DNA of 64,000 nt, from assembly GCA_030324005.1 (NCBI GenBank), contig JARDVH010000193.1, positions 36,191,871 to 36,255,870 on the forward strand, written 5' to 3'. Shown piece after piece: positions 62,780 to 64,000 of the stretch (its first letter is position 1; every line of letters starts with the position of its first letter). Both the position numbers and the translations under genes were made by a program. A model generated the notes under the pieces. That model was not told the origin of the DNA. It ran no database searches and saw nothing but the letters and a program-made list of their open reading frames with translations. This stretch comes from Negaprion brevirostris. Lineage: Eukaryota.

Positions 62780-62970
62780 TGTTCATTTATTAGTGTCAAA
62801 AGTAGGCTTACATTAACACCACAATGAAGTTACTGTGGAAATTTCCTTGTCGCCTCACTCCAGCACCTGTTCGGGTACACTGAGGGAGAATTCAGCATGT
62901 CCAATGCACCTAACCTTTTCGAACTGTGGGAGGAAATTGGACCACCCAGAGAAAACCTATGCAGACTTGG
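62780..62970 (-). mobile_element. Type A V-SINE running into a gap
   Basis: tttattagtgtcaaaagtaggcttacattaacac..gggtacactgagggagaatt. Confidence 0.9.
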
Positions 62971-64000
62971 NNNNNNNNNNNNNNNNNNNNNNNNNNNNNN
63001 NNNNNNNNNNNNNNNNNNNNNNNNNNNNNNNNNNNNNNNNNNNNNNNNNNNNNNNNNNNNNNNNNNNNNNNNNNNNNNNNNNNNNNNNNNNNNNNNNNNN
63101 NNNNNNNNNNNNNNNNNNNNNNNNNNNNNNNNNNNNNNNNNNNNNNNNNNNNNNNNNNNNNNNNNNNNNNNNNNNNNNNNNNNNNNNNNNNNNNNNNNNN
63201 NNNNNNNNNNNNNNNNNNNNNNNNNNNNNNNNNNNNNNNNNNNNNNNNNNNNNNNNNNNNNNNNNNNNNNNNNNNNNNNNNNNNNNNNNNNNNNNNNNNN
63301 NNNNNNNNNNNNNNNNNNNNNNNNNNNNNNNNNNNNNNNNNNNNNNNNNNNNNNNNNNNNNNNNNNNNNNNNNNNNNNNNNNNNNNNNNNNNNNNNNNNN
63401 NNNNNNNNNNNNNNNNNNNNNNNNNNNNNNNNNNNNNNNNNNNNNNNNNNNNNNNNNNNNNNNNNNNNNNNNNNNNNNNNNNNNNNNNNNNNNNNNNNNN
63501 NNNNNNNNNNNNNNNNNNNNNNNNNNNNNNNNNNNNNNNNNNNNNNNNNNNNNNNNNNNNNNNNNNNNNNNNNNNNNNNNNNNNNNNNNNNNNNNNNNNN
63601 NNNNNNNNNNNNNNNNNNNNNNNNNNNNNNNNNNNNNNNNNNACTTTGAAGCATTCAAAAAAGCAATTCAAATCACTAGCTTTGCTTGTTCTGCCAGGGT
63701 TACACTAATAGTTACTCCAAGAAAGTTAGAAGAAATAAAAACACTTCATCATAGCTATTTTAAACATCCAGAGTGATTCCCACACATGACTCGCCGCACA
63801 CCCTTTGCCCCACCATGGGTCTGCCGTTCCACCCCCCTGCTCCCCACCCACCCCAGTGACTAATTTAACCACCTCCCCCCCCACTTCTGCCTGCCATGTT
63901 ATTTCTCTCCATCTCCACTGATACCCCTACTAACCTGAAGGCTGGACTCCACCCCAGCCCAACCTAAACCACTCCACCCGAAGTCCGATGCCTCCACACA

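Noticed and set aside
62830-63776. Longest ORFs in the track (233-313 aa)
   Set aside because: They consist almost entirely of X from an N gap; the same applies to other gap-spanning ORFs such as 974-1339, 11223-11769 and 48910-49393

Overview
This is eukaryotic, not prokaryotic, DNA: a gap-rich short-read scaffold from a shark (elasmobranch). The call rests on its repeats: HE1-like V-SINEs, HER1/CR1 LINEs, SacSINE1/DeuSINE, Penelope-like elements and Harbinger MITEs. Most of the window looks like a long intron or the 3' flank of a large gene, with a large fraction (by eye up to about half) made of decayed and often nested transposons. Nearly all ORF-track entries are TE fragments or N-gap artefacts. 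The only credible host-gene signal is a set of short + strand exon candidates: 3107-3159 (or read-through to a stop at 3225), a 35-nt microexon at 7831-7865, and possible terminal exons at 9460 and 12871. Their phases chain in frame, and they lie in or next to TE-poor blocks. I could not name the gene. Other notable items are a Vingi-like LINE, Penelope insertions with inverted arms and decayed hammerhead-ribozyme cores, a Harbinger>Gypsy>CR1 nest, SINE tail switching and several local rearrangements. No rRNA, true tRNA, CRISPR array or intact transposon was found, and I cannot support a wholly new biological system here. Family assignments come from recalled motifs, not database searches, and TE boundaries are approximate (about +/-20 bp).
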